This document shows, piece after piece, positions 13,201-25,658 of a stretch of 64,000 bases of DNA (its first letter is position 1; the number at the start of each line of letters is the position of its first letter). The notes below the pieces were generated by a model that was not told the origin of the DNA, made no database searches, and worked only from the letters and a program-made list of their open reading frames with translations. Source of the stretch: Toensbergia leucococca. Lineage: Eukaryota. Made by a program: the position numbers and the translations under genes. Where the stretch lies: the NCBI GenBank assembly GCA_022813965.1, contig JALDZS010000029.1, positions 1-64,000 of the forward strand. Direction: 5' to 3'.

Positions 13201-15245
13201 TCAAAGTCCTGCCTCTCAGACACTTTAATAATCATAAGATAGAGTTAAAAAGTCAGAATTCACTATCTAAGAGCTGACTGTACCTTATGTCTGAGAAGAA
13301 ACTTTAGAAGATAAAAGAGTACTTATCTAAGAATTTAGACAAGAGATTCATTGTTTTAAGTAAGATTCTCTTTATATTCCTTATTCTGTTTGTTACTAAA
13401 CTGAATGACAGTCTATGCTTCTGTGTAGATTACTAACGCTTGAATGCTCTTACTCATTAGAATCAGTACTTATTACTCTTGATTAATAAGACTTTAACTC
13501 AGATCACTGACTGCAAGTTTATTATTAAGTTTAACATTATTGCAGTCTTCAACAAGCTGTGAATGCATCTGAACAGTGAGAAACTCATGACCTTCTGCAT
13601 CTCTATAAGAGTGTATAAGTATCATGTTCTTTCTTTTAACTTAATTAATAAACTAACCTCCTTTCAGCATTATATTAATAACACTCTCTTTGAATGTCTC
13701 AATGACTATACTCAGACGTACTTAAATGACATTCTTATCTATAGCAAGACTTAGCAAGAATATGTTAAATATGTTACAAATGTTCTTAAGAAGCTTCAGG
13801 CTGCCGGCCTGCAAATTGACATCAAAAAGAGTGAGTTTTTTATCACAGAGACTATCTTTCTATATTTGCTGATTTTAATTGATGAGCTAAGAATAAACTT
13901 CTGAAAGATTGAGATGATTACTAACTAAAACACCCCTCAATATCTCAAGAAGATACAGTTCTTTGTTGGCTTCTGTAACTTCTTTCAGTGATTTATCAAG
14001 AACTTTAACAAAATTACTCACTCACTAACACAGCTGAGTGACAAGAACAAATGATTTAACTAAATAAATGTCTGTCAGAAAGTCTTTGAACTTCTCAAGA
14101 AAATAGTAATAAAATCATCAGTACTCACTCATTTTGATCAGACTCAGATGATTATTCTAAAATGTGACTTCTCTGATAATATCAGTGAAGACATCTTATC
14201 TCAGTATGAAGATAATAACCTGCTGCACTCTATGACCTTCTTTAGTAAAAATCTTATACCTGCAGAATGCAATTATAAGATCTATGATAAGGAGCTGCTG
14301 ACAATCATTCATTGTTTTAAAAATTAATGATCAGATCTGAAGAGTACTAAAATCTCTGTGAAGATCTTCACTGATCATAAAGCTCTTATCTACTTTATAA
14401 AAAGTAAAGAACTAATTTAAAGGCAGGCTCATTAAGCTAAAAAGCTCTCTGAGTTTAACTTCAAGATTCAATATCAGACAGGCTCATAGAATGCAAAGAT
14501 AAATGCACTGAGTAGACTGTCTGACTCTTTATCTCTGAATAATGAAGACTTTTAAAAGCTGCATTAATATCAGACTTTACTGACAGCAGACTAATTAAAG
14601 ACTCCTTTAATAAAGTTAACCCTCATCACTCTTAAACTTTTCAATCTGAAAGAAGAAAATATTTCTGATGTCACTGATAATCTGATAAGAAATCATGCTC
14701 TGAAGACTGACCTGAAGAATAACTCAGATGACCTCTTATTTTCTCTGTTTAAACAGACTACAGAGATCAGCAAGACTGACTTAGAGTGTCTGACAGCTAA
14801 AAGAGTCTAAATAAAAGGCAAAGCACACTATGAGAGCATCAGTCTGTAAGCATGTTCCCTGAAAGATAATGTTCTTTACTGCAAAGATAAGTTATAAGTC
14901 TCAGCAGATGATCAGTTAAGACTTGAGATCCTTCAGAAGATTTATAACTCTTCAGTAAGCAGTTATTCAGAGATCATCTGCATAAAAGCTCTGCTACAAT
15001 GATATTATTTCTGACTTAGATTGTAAGTCTCTGTGAAACATTACTGCTAAAACTGTCATGACTGTTATCAGATAAAGGTCTTTAAAGAGAAAATTAATGA
15101 GCTGCTGCAGTTATTACCTATCTCTGTAAAACGCTGAGAGAATATTGTTATAAATTTTATCACTGACCTTTCAGAGTCTGAAGGTAAAAACATCATTCTT
15201 ATCATTATTAATTACCTTATTAAGGAACGTCACTATATATTATGC

Positions 15246-16998
15246 TATAAGGGTCTCTTTTGAGATTTTAAATTCTGGGTGTAATTAGAAGATGAGTAGC
15301 TATCTAGGTGCAAAGTCACTAGATATATTATGATAATGTCAAGTCACTTAGAGTTGTTGACTCACCTAACCTCTCTAGCTCTAAATAAAAGAGAAAGCAC
15401 TGTAACAATTGCTCACCACAAAAAAATCACTTTATGCTCTTATGAATTTTTCATGGTCTTTTTCTTAGAAAGGCATGCTATCTTTTCTTTGTATGATTTC
15501 ATGCTCTTATTTCTTCATAATCTATTCAGATTGTGATAATAAGGTGGTCAGAGATGAGGATTTATGACTTTAAAACTCAGAGTAGGTGCTAGAGATTTGA
15601 TTGATTTCATAGGCAAAACAGTGACTGATTCTCTGTAGAAAGTGATCAGTTTTTGAGGTATTAATCTGAATTAATTTGCACACTTGCAAATGACTAGGGA
15701 TTTATGAGATTTAGTAGGTAGGTGCGTCACAATTTTCTCATGCAGGGTAGTTGATTTTGCTGTTTTGGCGTGCCTGCAAGTTGCTAGAGATTCCTATATT
15801 TTTGCAAGCCAAAATGCAACCTAATCTCTCAGTGATTTTGAATTACTTTGAGTGCATAAATTCATGCCTAGAAGTTATGTTTTTAATGTCAGAGATATAT
15901 CCCATTTAGTATGTGAATTTAGTCATTTGTCTTCACACATTGAGGCTTATAAAATAGGTCTTAGATTATGAGTTTTATAGTCAGTAAGGTGTATGTAATA
16001 GAAGTAGTAGGTGTAGTTAGAGCTACCTTAAGTGTTTCTAATGTGTCTTTATTGTTATACACACTGATAACAATGGTGTCAGAAATTGAGTCAGAAATGA
16101 AGTTGATCTTACTGATCTCACTAGACTCACTGAACTTAGAATAGATGTCCTTATCATCTAAAATAAATGAGATGAAAGAAGTTATTAATGTTGGTGTGAT
16201 AGAGGCAACTGTCATAATGAGAGAGATAAAGATAACAGAAGGTGTAGAGATAGATGTTGATGAAGGACTTGATATGACTGATATAGTCTTTGAGTGCACT
16301 GCCCTAATGTGCTTGTGCATAAGGGTTTTTGCTATAAATTTTAGCTTATATGTCTTGCATAGCAATTTCTTATTATTCATAAAAGATCTGTCACTATCAT
16401 CAGTATATTAACGTGAGTAATTGACTCTTAAGGTCCTACTTAATCATGCAATTTCTATAAAATAACACTCAGAGATAAGTAGTTGCTCAGGGCATCATCA
16501 GTGTGAGAATGTTGAAGGCAAAGAAGTTATCAGAGATATGACTAAGCATTTCTCTTGCTATTCTTTCTCTTGTTGTTGCAGTGTTGCTGCAGAAGGTCTG
16601 AATGTGAAAGTTATAATCTGAATTTAGGTGAAGGATTAAATTTAGGTAGAGAATTGAATTTAGATAGAAGTTGCTGATAGGTTGAGAGGATAATTAATCT
16701 ATAGAGAAATTTGAGGCTAAGGACGTAGTTCTTTGGTGAGTAGAATTACCTAAGACTTTTACTCAGTTAATGATAAGTTAAATAGTAGTGTACTCAGTCA
16801 ATGATGAGTATCTTAATGGCAATAAATACTGTTGCTATTATTTATAAGGGTCTCTTTTGAGATTCTAAATTCTGAATGTAATTAGAAAATAAGTAAAGGT
16901 GTGAAGTCACTAGATATATCATGATAATGTCAAGTCACTTAGAGTTGCTGACTCACCTAATCTTCCTAGCCCTAAATAAAAGAGAAAGCACTGTAACA
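15246..16998 (-). mobile_element. Non-autonomous LTR element (1753 bp) with a C2H2 zinc-finger ORF, inserted in the integrase of the outer Gypsy
   Basis: Direct repeats at 15246-15407 and 16843-16998; TSD TATGC/CATAC (both derivable from CATGC); mutated PBS AATAATAGCAACAGTA on the minus strand next to the right LTR; ORF 15961-16380 contains CKTYKLKFIAKTLMHKHIRAVH and KVALTTPTT. Confidence 0.85.
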
Positions 16999-18593
16999 CA
17001 TACTGTATTAATAAGAATAACATCTTTGTGAAGTAAACTATAAAGATAATGATTCAGAATATCTTTCAGCTGCATGAGCTATTAATCTCTATTGTTTTAG
17101 ACTGTAAGTCTCAGTTTGTGTTCATTATGTGAAAGGTCTTATGCAAGTGTCTGTTTATTAATATTTATCTAAGCACTGCCTTTTACTCTCAGACAGATAA
17201 GTAATCTGAATGCGTCAATTAAGACATAGAGTCTTATCTCTGACTCTATTACAATTATTATCAGAATGACTGAGTCTGACACTTACTCATAAGAGGATTT
17301 GCAGATAACAATAATGTTTTCTCTGTTATAAGAATATCTTCATTCTTTATAAACAAAGGGTTTTACTCTCAGATGAGTTTTAGCCTAAATACTTTTACTT
17401 ATAAAAGTATCTAAGAGCATCTTCTTACTCACTAAGCAGAAGACATCACTAAAACTATAAAAGACGGCCTGACATATATGAAGAAACAACTGCAATAAGC
17501 TCAAGCTATTATAATTAACAACGCTGTCACTGCAAAGATGTTATCTATATGGTAAGTCAGAAGATCTTCTTTAACCGCCGCAACATTAAGACTAAGAGGT
17601 TGTGCCTCAAGCTTAATAACAAGAACATAGATCTGTATAAGATTCTGCAGAAGATTGAAATTATCTACTGACTAAAACTCTCAGTCTTTATAAAGATACA
17701 TCTGATATTTTATATTATGCATCTCTGAGCTGCTGTTACAGACTCTCTTCTCAGGCAGATTAACGCTTCTCTCAGATCAATAATAGTTGATGATTAAGAT
17801 AAATGAGTAATAGATAAGATTATAGATTCTCACTGTATCAGTATCAATCATTATCTTTAATACTGAGTTAAATGACAAAATTATCTCTGAGATGACATCT
17901 AATACAACATAAATAACAATAAGTTTGAGCACTCTCAAGAACTCATAAATGCATTTTATGCTCAGTATCTGAACAAGCTTAAACCTTATCTGCATCATCA
18001 TTAAGAACAGCTCTCTAATTGTTATGTTACGTTTCACTCTAACATTCTAGCTTTTACCCTAGCATCCTAATGTACGCACAGATCAAGGTTAACACAAGAG
18101 CTAGAAGTTAACATGCGGGGTTGTTAAATGTCATGGCTGTTACTCAGTGACACCCTGCCAGATACTTATAGCGCGTTCCCCTCCTGTACTTTTAGATCTT
18201 TACCTTTAGTATTCTATTCAATAGTACCTCTATGACTAGACTCTAGGCCTGACCGTGACATTACACTAAAGGTCTACACCTAATGTTCTATCAGCTTGTC
18301 TTCATACAAGTCTGATAACCTTAGATATTCTTATCTCACCTTGTCTTTATACAAGTGTAATATAACTATTCTCAAACACTTTTTCATCAAGACTCTTGAC
18401 ACATTGCGCGTCACGTTCTACGTATAGGACATAACAACACAACAACAATAACAAATGTTTAACAACTTCTCAATACTGTTTAAACACCTTAAGCATCATC
18501 ACAACAAATATTTACCTTCTATCACAACAAAACTTCTCAACACCCTTCAACCCTTTCTCTCTTTTATAATTATTACTCTATCTCTTTTTAATC

Positions 18594-20057
18594 ATGAACA
18601 ATCCTTTTAAAGCAGAGGCTTTCAGCAGCCGGTCTTCCTCTAAATATTCAACACAACTGAAATCTTAGCTGTACTCTAAGCTTCTCTTATCTAATGCGCC
18701 ACTCGTTGAGTCATCTGCTAAAGACAATGAAGAGGAAGATTCAGCAGCACTCAACCTAAAAGACCTCTCTACTTCTACTCAACTACAGAATTTTCTGAAT
18801 CAGCAGCTGCAAGCCTGCATAGATTATCTCTGACATCTGAGGGAACAATAAGATAACCTTTTTCTCATGACAGAAAAGGTGATGAAAGCGCAATAGCAAC
18901 GGGATTATCTCACGCAGCAGGTAATAGACCTTAATCATGCTAACCTTAGAGGTTCAGAGGTAAAGGTTTCTTTAGATCAGATGCTTGAAATGCAGATCAA
19001 GCTTAATGAAAAGATCACAGAGGTGAAGGACTGTCACATGAAGATCTGTTAGCTCAAACTAAAGCTGTCTGCTGCCTTAACAGAGAAACATCTGCGGACT
19101 CTATCACTGAATTCTTCTACAGACTTCTACCATCTCCTTTTCTGAACTCCGCATCTGTTTAAAAAGATCCTGAATCCGGAGAAGCTATCTGATAAAAAGA
19201 GTCCTACTTTTAAGGCATGGCAGCTGCAGATAAAGCTTAAGCTAGCCGGTAATCAAGATCAGTATTCTATCACACAGAAACAGAAGACCCTCATTATCTG
19301 TTCTCTTAAGAGTAATGCTCTTAATCATTGCCTACCTAGGTCACTGTTCACAGTCATTAATCCTTTCTTATCTGTGGCAGACATTATTAAGTATCTAGCA
19401 ACGATTTATGAGGACCTCAACAAGGTTTGAAACGCTTATCAGAATTTTAATAAACTACAGCAGATGAACAACGAGTTATTTTATCAGTTCTATGCAACCT
19501 TCCTTCTTTTAACCTCATCTTTAGACATTAATGAGACAACTCTTATTATCTATTTAGAGAAGAAAGTCAACCCTCAGTTACAGGCAGTCCTAGCTATGAC
19601 CTCATCTGACTTTATTAGCCTCTTACAACTGCAGAGCTACCTGCAAAAGGTAGATGAAAAACAGAGATACAACTAAACATTGCATAAGGTCATCTCTCTT
19701 CCTTCTATAAAACCAATCTACAAGGCCTCTACTCTCATCTCTCAGGCCTTAATAACCCGCAGCGCTTACTCAGAGAAGTCAATAATCATCTTGACTGACA
19801 AGTCTGTGACCGCCTGTGCTTCTGCCTTCTCACAGGGTAGACCCTTCTGAATCATGCCTGCAGATGTGAAAGACTTTCTGCGCACCCTTAAAACCTGCTA
19901 CAACTGCAGCAAGCTCAGTCACTTTGCTTTAGACTGCACAGAGCCTAAGAAAGCTGATCTCAGAGGTCATATTCAAGAGATCTCTAACATTAATAAGGAT
20001 AAAAATGAAGAAGAGACGGAGGAGAAGGTTGAGGAGACTCTAGAGACAGAAAATTAG
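18594..20057 (+). pseudogene. gag: gag of the inner Gypsy (interrupted by stops)
   Basis: ATG 18594 is in frame with ORFs 19464 and 19854; CCHC knuckle CYNCSKLSHFALDC. Confidence 0.85.
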
Positions 20058-23000
20058 AGCCTTTTATCAAAGACGTGATGAAAGGAGAGTTGTCAATTGC
20101 TTCTTTGAATTCTGATCAGGATCCTTATGCACTCAAGCCTTTTATCACAGCATGCACTCTGTTTATAATCAACATTAGTTACAAAATATAAGCTTTGATT
20201 GACATCAGTGCTTATGACTATGCTTTCATTGATTCTATTACCGCGCATTCCCTTTGTGAACTCTTCTCAATCTCATCTATTTCATTAATTAAGCCTAAAC
20301 CCATCTGAGGGTTTAATGAGAAACATAGCACACCTATTATGCATCAGATTCTGATAGACCTGCAGATAACAGATCACTCTAAACTGTTCTGCTCATTGTT
20401 GATTATCATGTTAAGTCAACATGACATTATTTTAGGGAAGACCTGAATGAATCACCACGGGGTATTGCTAAACATGAGTGCTGATGAGCTTCATTTCCTG
20501 CCTAAAAGGTGTGATTATCTCAGAGCGCCTATAGCGGTCTTCACAGTTAAGGACGTCCCTGAAGTTAACCTATCCCCGGGTCCCTGACGCACCACTACAC
20601 CCTCTAAAACTTCAGCCTCTTCAGTTAAGGTCTCTGCAGTTAAGACCTCTTCAGTTAAGCAGCCTTCAGGCAAGCCTTCCCTTTTATATCTTTCCCCTTT
20701 ACAGTGACCTGACTGACAATACTTCTGATGAAACTCAAACTTCCTCTGAGGAAATAAGACATCTTTGTGCGCTCTTTCAGATGCTTGAGAGCCTTTGTTC
20801 TCAGAGATGTCATACAGAAGTTACTGAATAGAAACGAAGATTGCTTACTAAAAAATAAACCTTGCAGTAAACCTTATAGAGATAGAAGCTGCGGTCCCGG
20901 CCTGAAGATGACCTAAGAGTCATCAAACACTCACCTCAGTGAATATTTATAAGGTCAACGCCACCTCATTTCACCTCCTCATAAAGGACCTGCAGAATCA
21001 GGTTTTCTTTATCACCATTGCAGAGATTGAGAAACTTCAGGCGCAGGAAGCAGTCAAGGATTCTTTCTCATTAGAGGTCACCTTTCTGAGTAAAATGAGC
21101 TTAGTGAACACTGCAGAACTGATGATCAAACTGCCCTCAGAGTATCATGATTTTGCTAATGTTTTTGATAAGCAAGCAGTCAAAGTCCTGCCTCTCAGGC
21201 ACTTTTATAATCATAAGATTGAGCTAGAGAGTCTGAACTCACTGCTTAAGAGCTGACTATACGTCATGTTCAGAAAGAAACTTCAGAAGGTTAAAGAGTA
21301 CTTGTTTGAGAATTTAGACAAGGGGTTCATTATCTTGAGTAAGGCTCCCTTTGCGTTCCTTATCCTGTTTGTCATCAAATCAGATGATAGCCTACGCTTC
21401 TGCATAGATTACTGACGCTTAAACACCCTGACTCATTAAGACTGATACTCATTACTTTTGATTGATGAGACTTTAGCTTGGATCACCGGCTGCAAGTTTA
21501 TTATCAAGTTTGACATCATCACAGTCTTTAACAAGCTATGAATGCACTCAGACAGTGAGAAGCTCATGACCTTCTGCACCCTCATGAGAGTGTACAAGTA
21601 CTGTGTCTTTCCTTTTGACTTAATCAATAGACCAGCCTCCTTTCAGCATTACATCAATGACACCCTCTTTGAATGTCTTAATGACTATGCTCAGGCATAC
21701 TTAAATGACATTCTTATCTACAGCAAGACTCAGCAAGAACATGTCAAATATGTTAGAAATATTTTTGAGAAGCTCTAAGCTGCTGGCCTGCAAATTGACA
21801 TCAAAAAGAGTGAGTTTTTTATCACAGAGACTATCTTTCTAGGCTTGCTGATCTTTATTAATAAGCTAAGAATAAACCCTCAGAAGATTGAGGTGATCAT
21901 AAACTGAAACGCCCCTTAGTGCCTCAAAAAGATATAGTCCTTTATTAACTTCTGCAACTTCTTCCGGCAGTTTATTAAGAACTTTAGCAAAATCACTCAC
22001 TTACTGACGCAGCTGAGCGGCAAGGATAAGCGGTTTGACTGAATAGATGCCTGTCAGAAAGCCTTTGAACTCCTCAAAAAAATAGTGACTGAATCACTGA
22101 TGCTCACTCATTTTAATTGAAACTGAGCGGCTATTCTGAAATGTGACTCCTTCAATGATATCAGTGAAGGTGTCTTATTACAGTACGGAGATAATAGCCT
22201 GCTGCACTCAATGACCTTCTTTAGTAAGAATCTCATACCTGCAGAATGCAATTATGAGATCTATGACAAGGAGCTGCTAGCAATTATCCGTTGCCTTGAA
22301 AATTGACAGTCAGATCTGAAGAGTACTAAAATCCCTGTGAAGATCTTCACAGACCATAAAGCCCTTATCTACTTTATAAAAAGCAAAGAGCTGACCTGAA
22401 GGCAGACTTATCAAGTGAAAAAGCTCTCTGAGTTTAACTTCAAGATTCAATATTAAATGAGCCCTCAGAATGCAAAGGCAGATGCTCTGAGCAGACTACC
22501 TGACTCTTCACCTCTGAACAATGATAATTCTCAGAAGCTTTATCAACATCAGACACTCCTGACAGCTGACTGATTAGAGGCTTCTTTAACAAAGCTGACC
22601 CTCATCACCTCTGAACTCCTTAACTCAGAAGAAGAAAATATTTCAGATGCTTCTAATAACCTTACAGAGAATTATGCTCTAAAGATAAACTTAGAGAATG
22701 ACTCAGAAGGTCCCTCATCCCCTCTGTTTGAACGGGCTGCAGAGGTCAACAAGACTGACTCAAAGTATCTAACAGCTAAAAGAGCCTGAACAGAAGGCAA
22801 GGCACGCTATGAGGGCGTCAGCCTGCAGGCATGCTCTCTGAAAGATAATGTCCTCTACTGCAAAGATCAGTTATGAGTCTTAGCAGATAATCAGTTAAGG
22901 CTTGAGATCCTTTAGAAGGTTTATAACTCTTCAGTCAGCAGTCATCTGAGGATCACCCGCACAGAAGCCTTTCTATGACGGTATTATTTCTGATTTGAAT

Positions 23001-24300
23001 TATGAATCTCTGTAAAACGTTACTGCTAAAACTGTCATGACTGCCATCAGGCAAAGGCCTCTAAAGAGAAGCTTAATAGGCTGCTGCAGCCGTTGTCTAT
23101 CCTTACAAAACGCTGAGAAAACATTGTCATAAATTTCATCACTGACCTTTTGAAGTCTGAAGGTAAGAATATCATTCTTACTATCAATGACTGCCTTAGC
23201 AAGGAACGTCACTACATATTATGCTCTATCAATAAGAATGACACCTCTGCAAAGTAAACTATGAAGATAGTAATTCAGAATGTCTTTCAGCTGCATGAGC
23301 TGCTGATCTCTATTGTTTCTGACTGCAGGTCTCAGTTTGTGTCTGTCATGTGAAAGGCCTTATGCAAGTGTCTGTCTATCAACGTTCACCTGAGCATCAC
23401 CTTTTATTCTCAGATGAATAAGCAGTCTGAATGCGTTAATCAAGACATAGAGTCTCATCTTTAGCTCTATTGCAATTATTATCAGGATGACTGAGTTTAG
23501 CACTTACTCATGAGAGAATTTGCAGATAACAATAACGTTTTCTCTGCTACAGAAATGTCTCTGTTCTTTATGAACAAAGGGTTTTACCCTCAGATAAGTT
23601 TTAGCCTGAATACCTTCACTTATAAAAGTACTCAGAAGTGTCTTCTAGCTTACTGAGCAGAAGACATCACTGAAATCATAAAAAATGAGCTGACATACAT
23701 GAAAAAACAACTGCAACAGGCTCAAGCTGTCATGACTAACAACGCTAATCATCACTGCAAAGATGTTACTTATAAGATAAGTTAGGAGGTCTTTCTTAAC
23801 CGCCGCAACATCAAGATCAAGAGGCTATGCCTCAAGCTGAATAATAAGAATATAGACTTGCACAAGATTCTGCAGAAGGTAAGAACTGCCTACCGGCTTG
23901 AGCTCTTAGTCTTCATAAAGATACACTCAGTATTTCATATCATGCACCTCTGAGCTGCCGTCACAGACTCTCTTCCTCATCAGATCAACGCCCTCCCCAG
24001 GTCAGTGATAGTGAATAATTAGGATGAATAAGTGATAGATAAGATCATTAATTCTTACTGTACAAGCATTAACCACCGCCTGCAATACTGAGTCAAATGA
24101 CACAACTACCCCTGAGATGACACCTGATACAACGCAGATAATAATGAGTTTAAGCACTCTCAAGAACTCATGAATGCATTTCATGCTCAGTACCCGGACA
24201 AGCTTGAACCTCACCTGCATCACCGTGAAGAATCACTCTCTGATGCCTAAAAGTCACCTGAAGCTTATCTGCAACTTGATTTAGCAGCGCAGTTAAGTCT
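20050..24300 (+). pseudogene. pol: pol of the inner Gypsy (PR-RT-RH-IN-chromodomain), -1 frame relative to gag; ends approximate
   Basis: ALIDISA (20192), [43 protein letters not shown], integrase core, chromodomain Y*VK*HNY. Confidence 0.88.
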
Positions 24301-24720
24301 CTATTAAAGGCTTTAATTAAACAGACCTGAGACTCTGACCTGCCGCCGTTAAGCGTCTTAAGAGAAGTGCCCTGAGATTGCAGTCAGAAAGTCAACTGAC
24401 AGCCTTGATCCTCATCCTTGCAAGCTAAGTCAGCAGGTATCAAGATAAACAGATGAATTGCTCTCTTTTATATACTCACTGAGTATCTGTTTGGCTGTCA
24501 GGCGCTCGCACACGCTGGACTGCAGGAAAAAATTTTAGAATGCACATTTTTGTATGCACGCGTCAATTTTCTCATACAAATTCACAACTTCTGATATGAC
24601 ATGAGTAGGGACATGGTAGTTTTTTCTGCACAACAAGAGCATTTTCTTTTCATTTTTTCATTTCTTTTCTTTTATTCTTCACAAGCAATAAGGGCATTGC
24701 TTACTTACAAGGGGAGGTAA

Positions 24721-24961
24721 TGTTATGTTATGTTTTACTCTAGCATTCTAGCTTTCACCCTAGTATCTTAGTGTACACACAGACCAAGGTCAACACAAGA
24801 GCTAGAAGTTGACATGTGAGATTGGCAAATGTCACAGCTATTACTCAGTGACACCCTGCTGAATACTTATAGCGCGTTTCTCTTCTGTACTTTTAGATCT
24901 TTACCTTTAGTGTTTTATTCAATAGTACCTCTATGACTAGACTCTAGGCCTGATCATAACA
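24721..24961 (+). repeat. 3' LTR of the inner Gypsy element
   Basis: TG...CA termini; matches 18020-18260. Confidence 0.92.
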
Positions 24962-25442
24962 CTGATGTCTGAAAGTCATCTGAAGCTTATCTGCAACTTG
25001 ATTAAGCAGCGTAGTTGAGTCTTTATTGAAGACTTCAATCAAATAAACTCAGAACTTCAGTCTGTCACTGTTAAGCATCTTAAGAGAAGTGCTCTGAGAT
25101 TGCAGTCAGAAAGTTAACTGACAGCTCTGATCCTTATTTCTGCAAGCTAAGTCAGCAGGTATTAAGATAAACAGATAAATTACTCTCTTTTATATACTCA
25201 CTGAGTATCTGTTAGGCTGTCAGACATCTGCATGCGCTAAACTGTAGAAAAAAATTTCAGAATGCATGTTTTTGTATGCACGCGTCAATTTTCTCATACA
25301 AATTTACAACTTCTGATACAGCACAGGCTGAGACATGATTATTTTTTCTGCATAACAAAAGTATTTTCTTTTCATTTTTTCATTTCTTTTCTTTTATTCT
25401 TCACAAGCAATGAGGGCATTGCTTACTTGTGAGAGGAGGTAA

Positions 25443-25658
25443 TGTTACAGTTTACCTTAACATTCTAGCTTACACACAGATCAAGGTCAATACAAGAGTT
25501 AAAAGTTAACATGTGAGGTTGTCAAATGTCATAGCTATTACTCAGTAACACTCTGCTGAATACTTATACAGTGTTTCTCTCCTGTACTTTTAAATCTTTA
25601 CCTTTAGTGTTCTATTCAATAGTACTCCTATGACTAGACTCTAGGCCTGACTGTGACA
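25443..25658 (+). repeat. 3' LTR of the outer Gypsy element
   Basis: TG...CA termini; matches 10065-10280; followed by TSD CTTGC. Confidence 0.9.

Larger units (their letters stand above)
18020..24961 (+). mobile_element. Full-length Ty3/Gypsy chromovirus (inner, younger copy of the same family, 6942 bp)
   Basis: 241-bp LTRs at 18020-18260 and 24721-24961; TSD CTAAT/CTGAT; GGGGAGGTAA purine tract; colinear with the outer copy and less mutated. Confidence 0.95.
10065..25658 (+). mobile_element. Full-length degenerate Ty3/Gypsy chromovirus (outer copy; ~6.9 kb once two nested insertions are removed)
   Basis: 216-bp LTRs at 10065-10280 and 25443-25658; TSD CTTGT/CTTGC; purine tract GAGAGGAGGTAA before the 3' LTR; gag CYNCSKLSYFAQNC, protease ALIDTDA, RT YLNDIL, RNase H, integrase and chromodomain in Gypsy order. 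Confidence 0.93.

Noticed and set aside
20100..24140. TGA at Trp positions suggesting an alternative genetic code or mitochondrial origin
   Set aside because: TAA/TAG stops and many other C>T/G>A changes also interrupt these frames, and the neighbouring host genes use TGG for Trp and TGA as stop.
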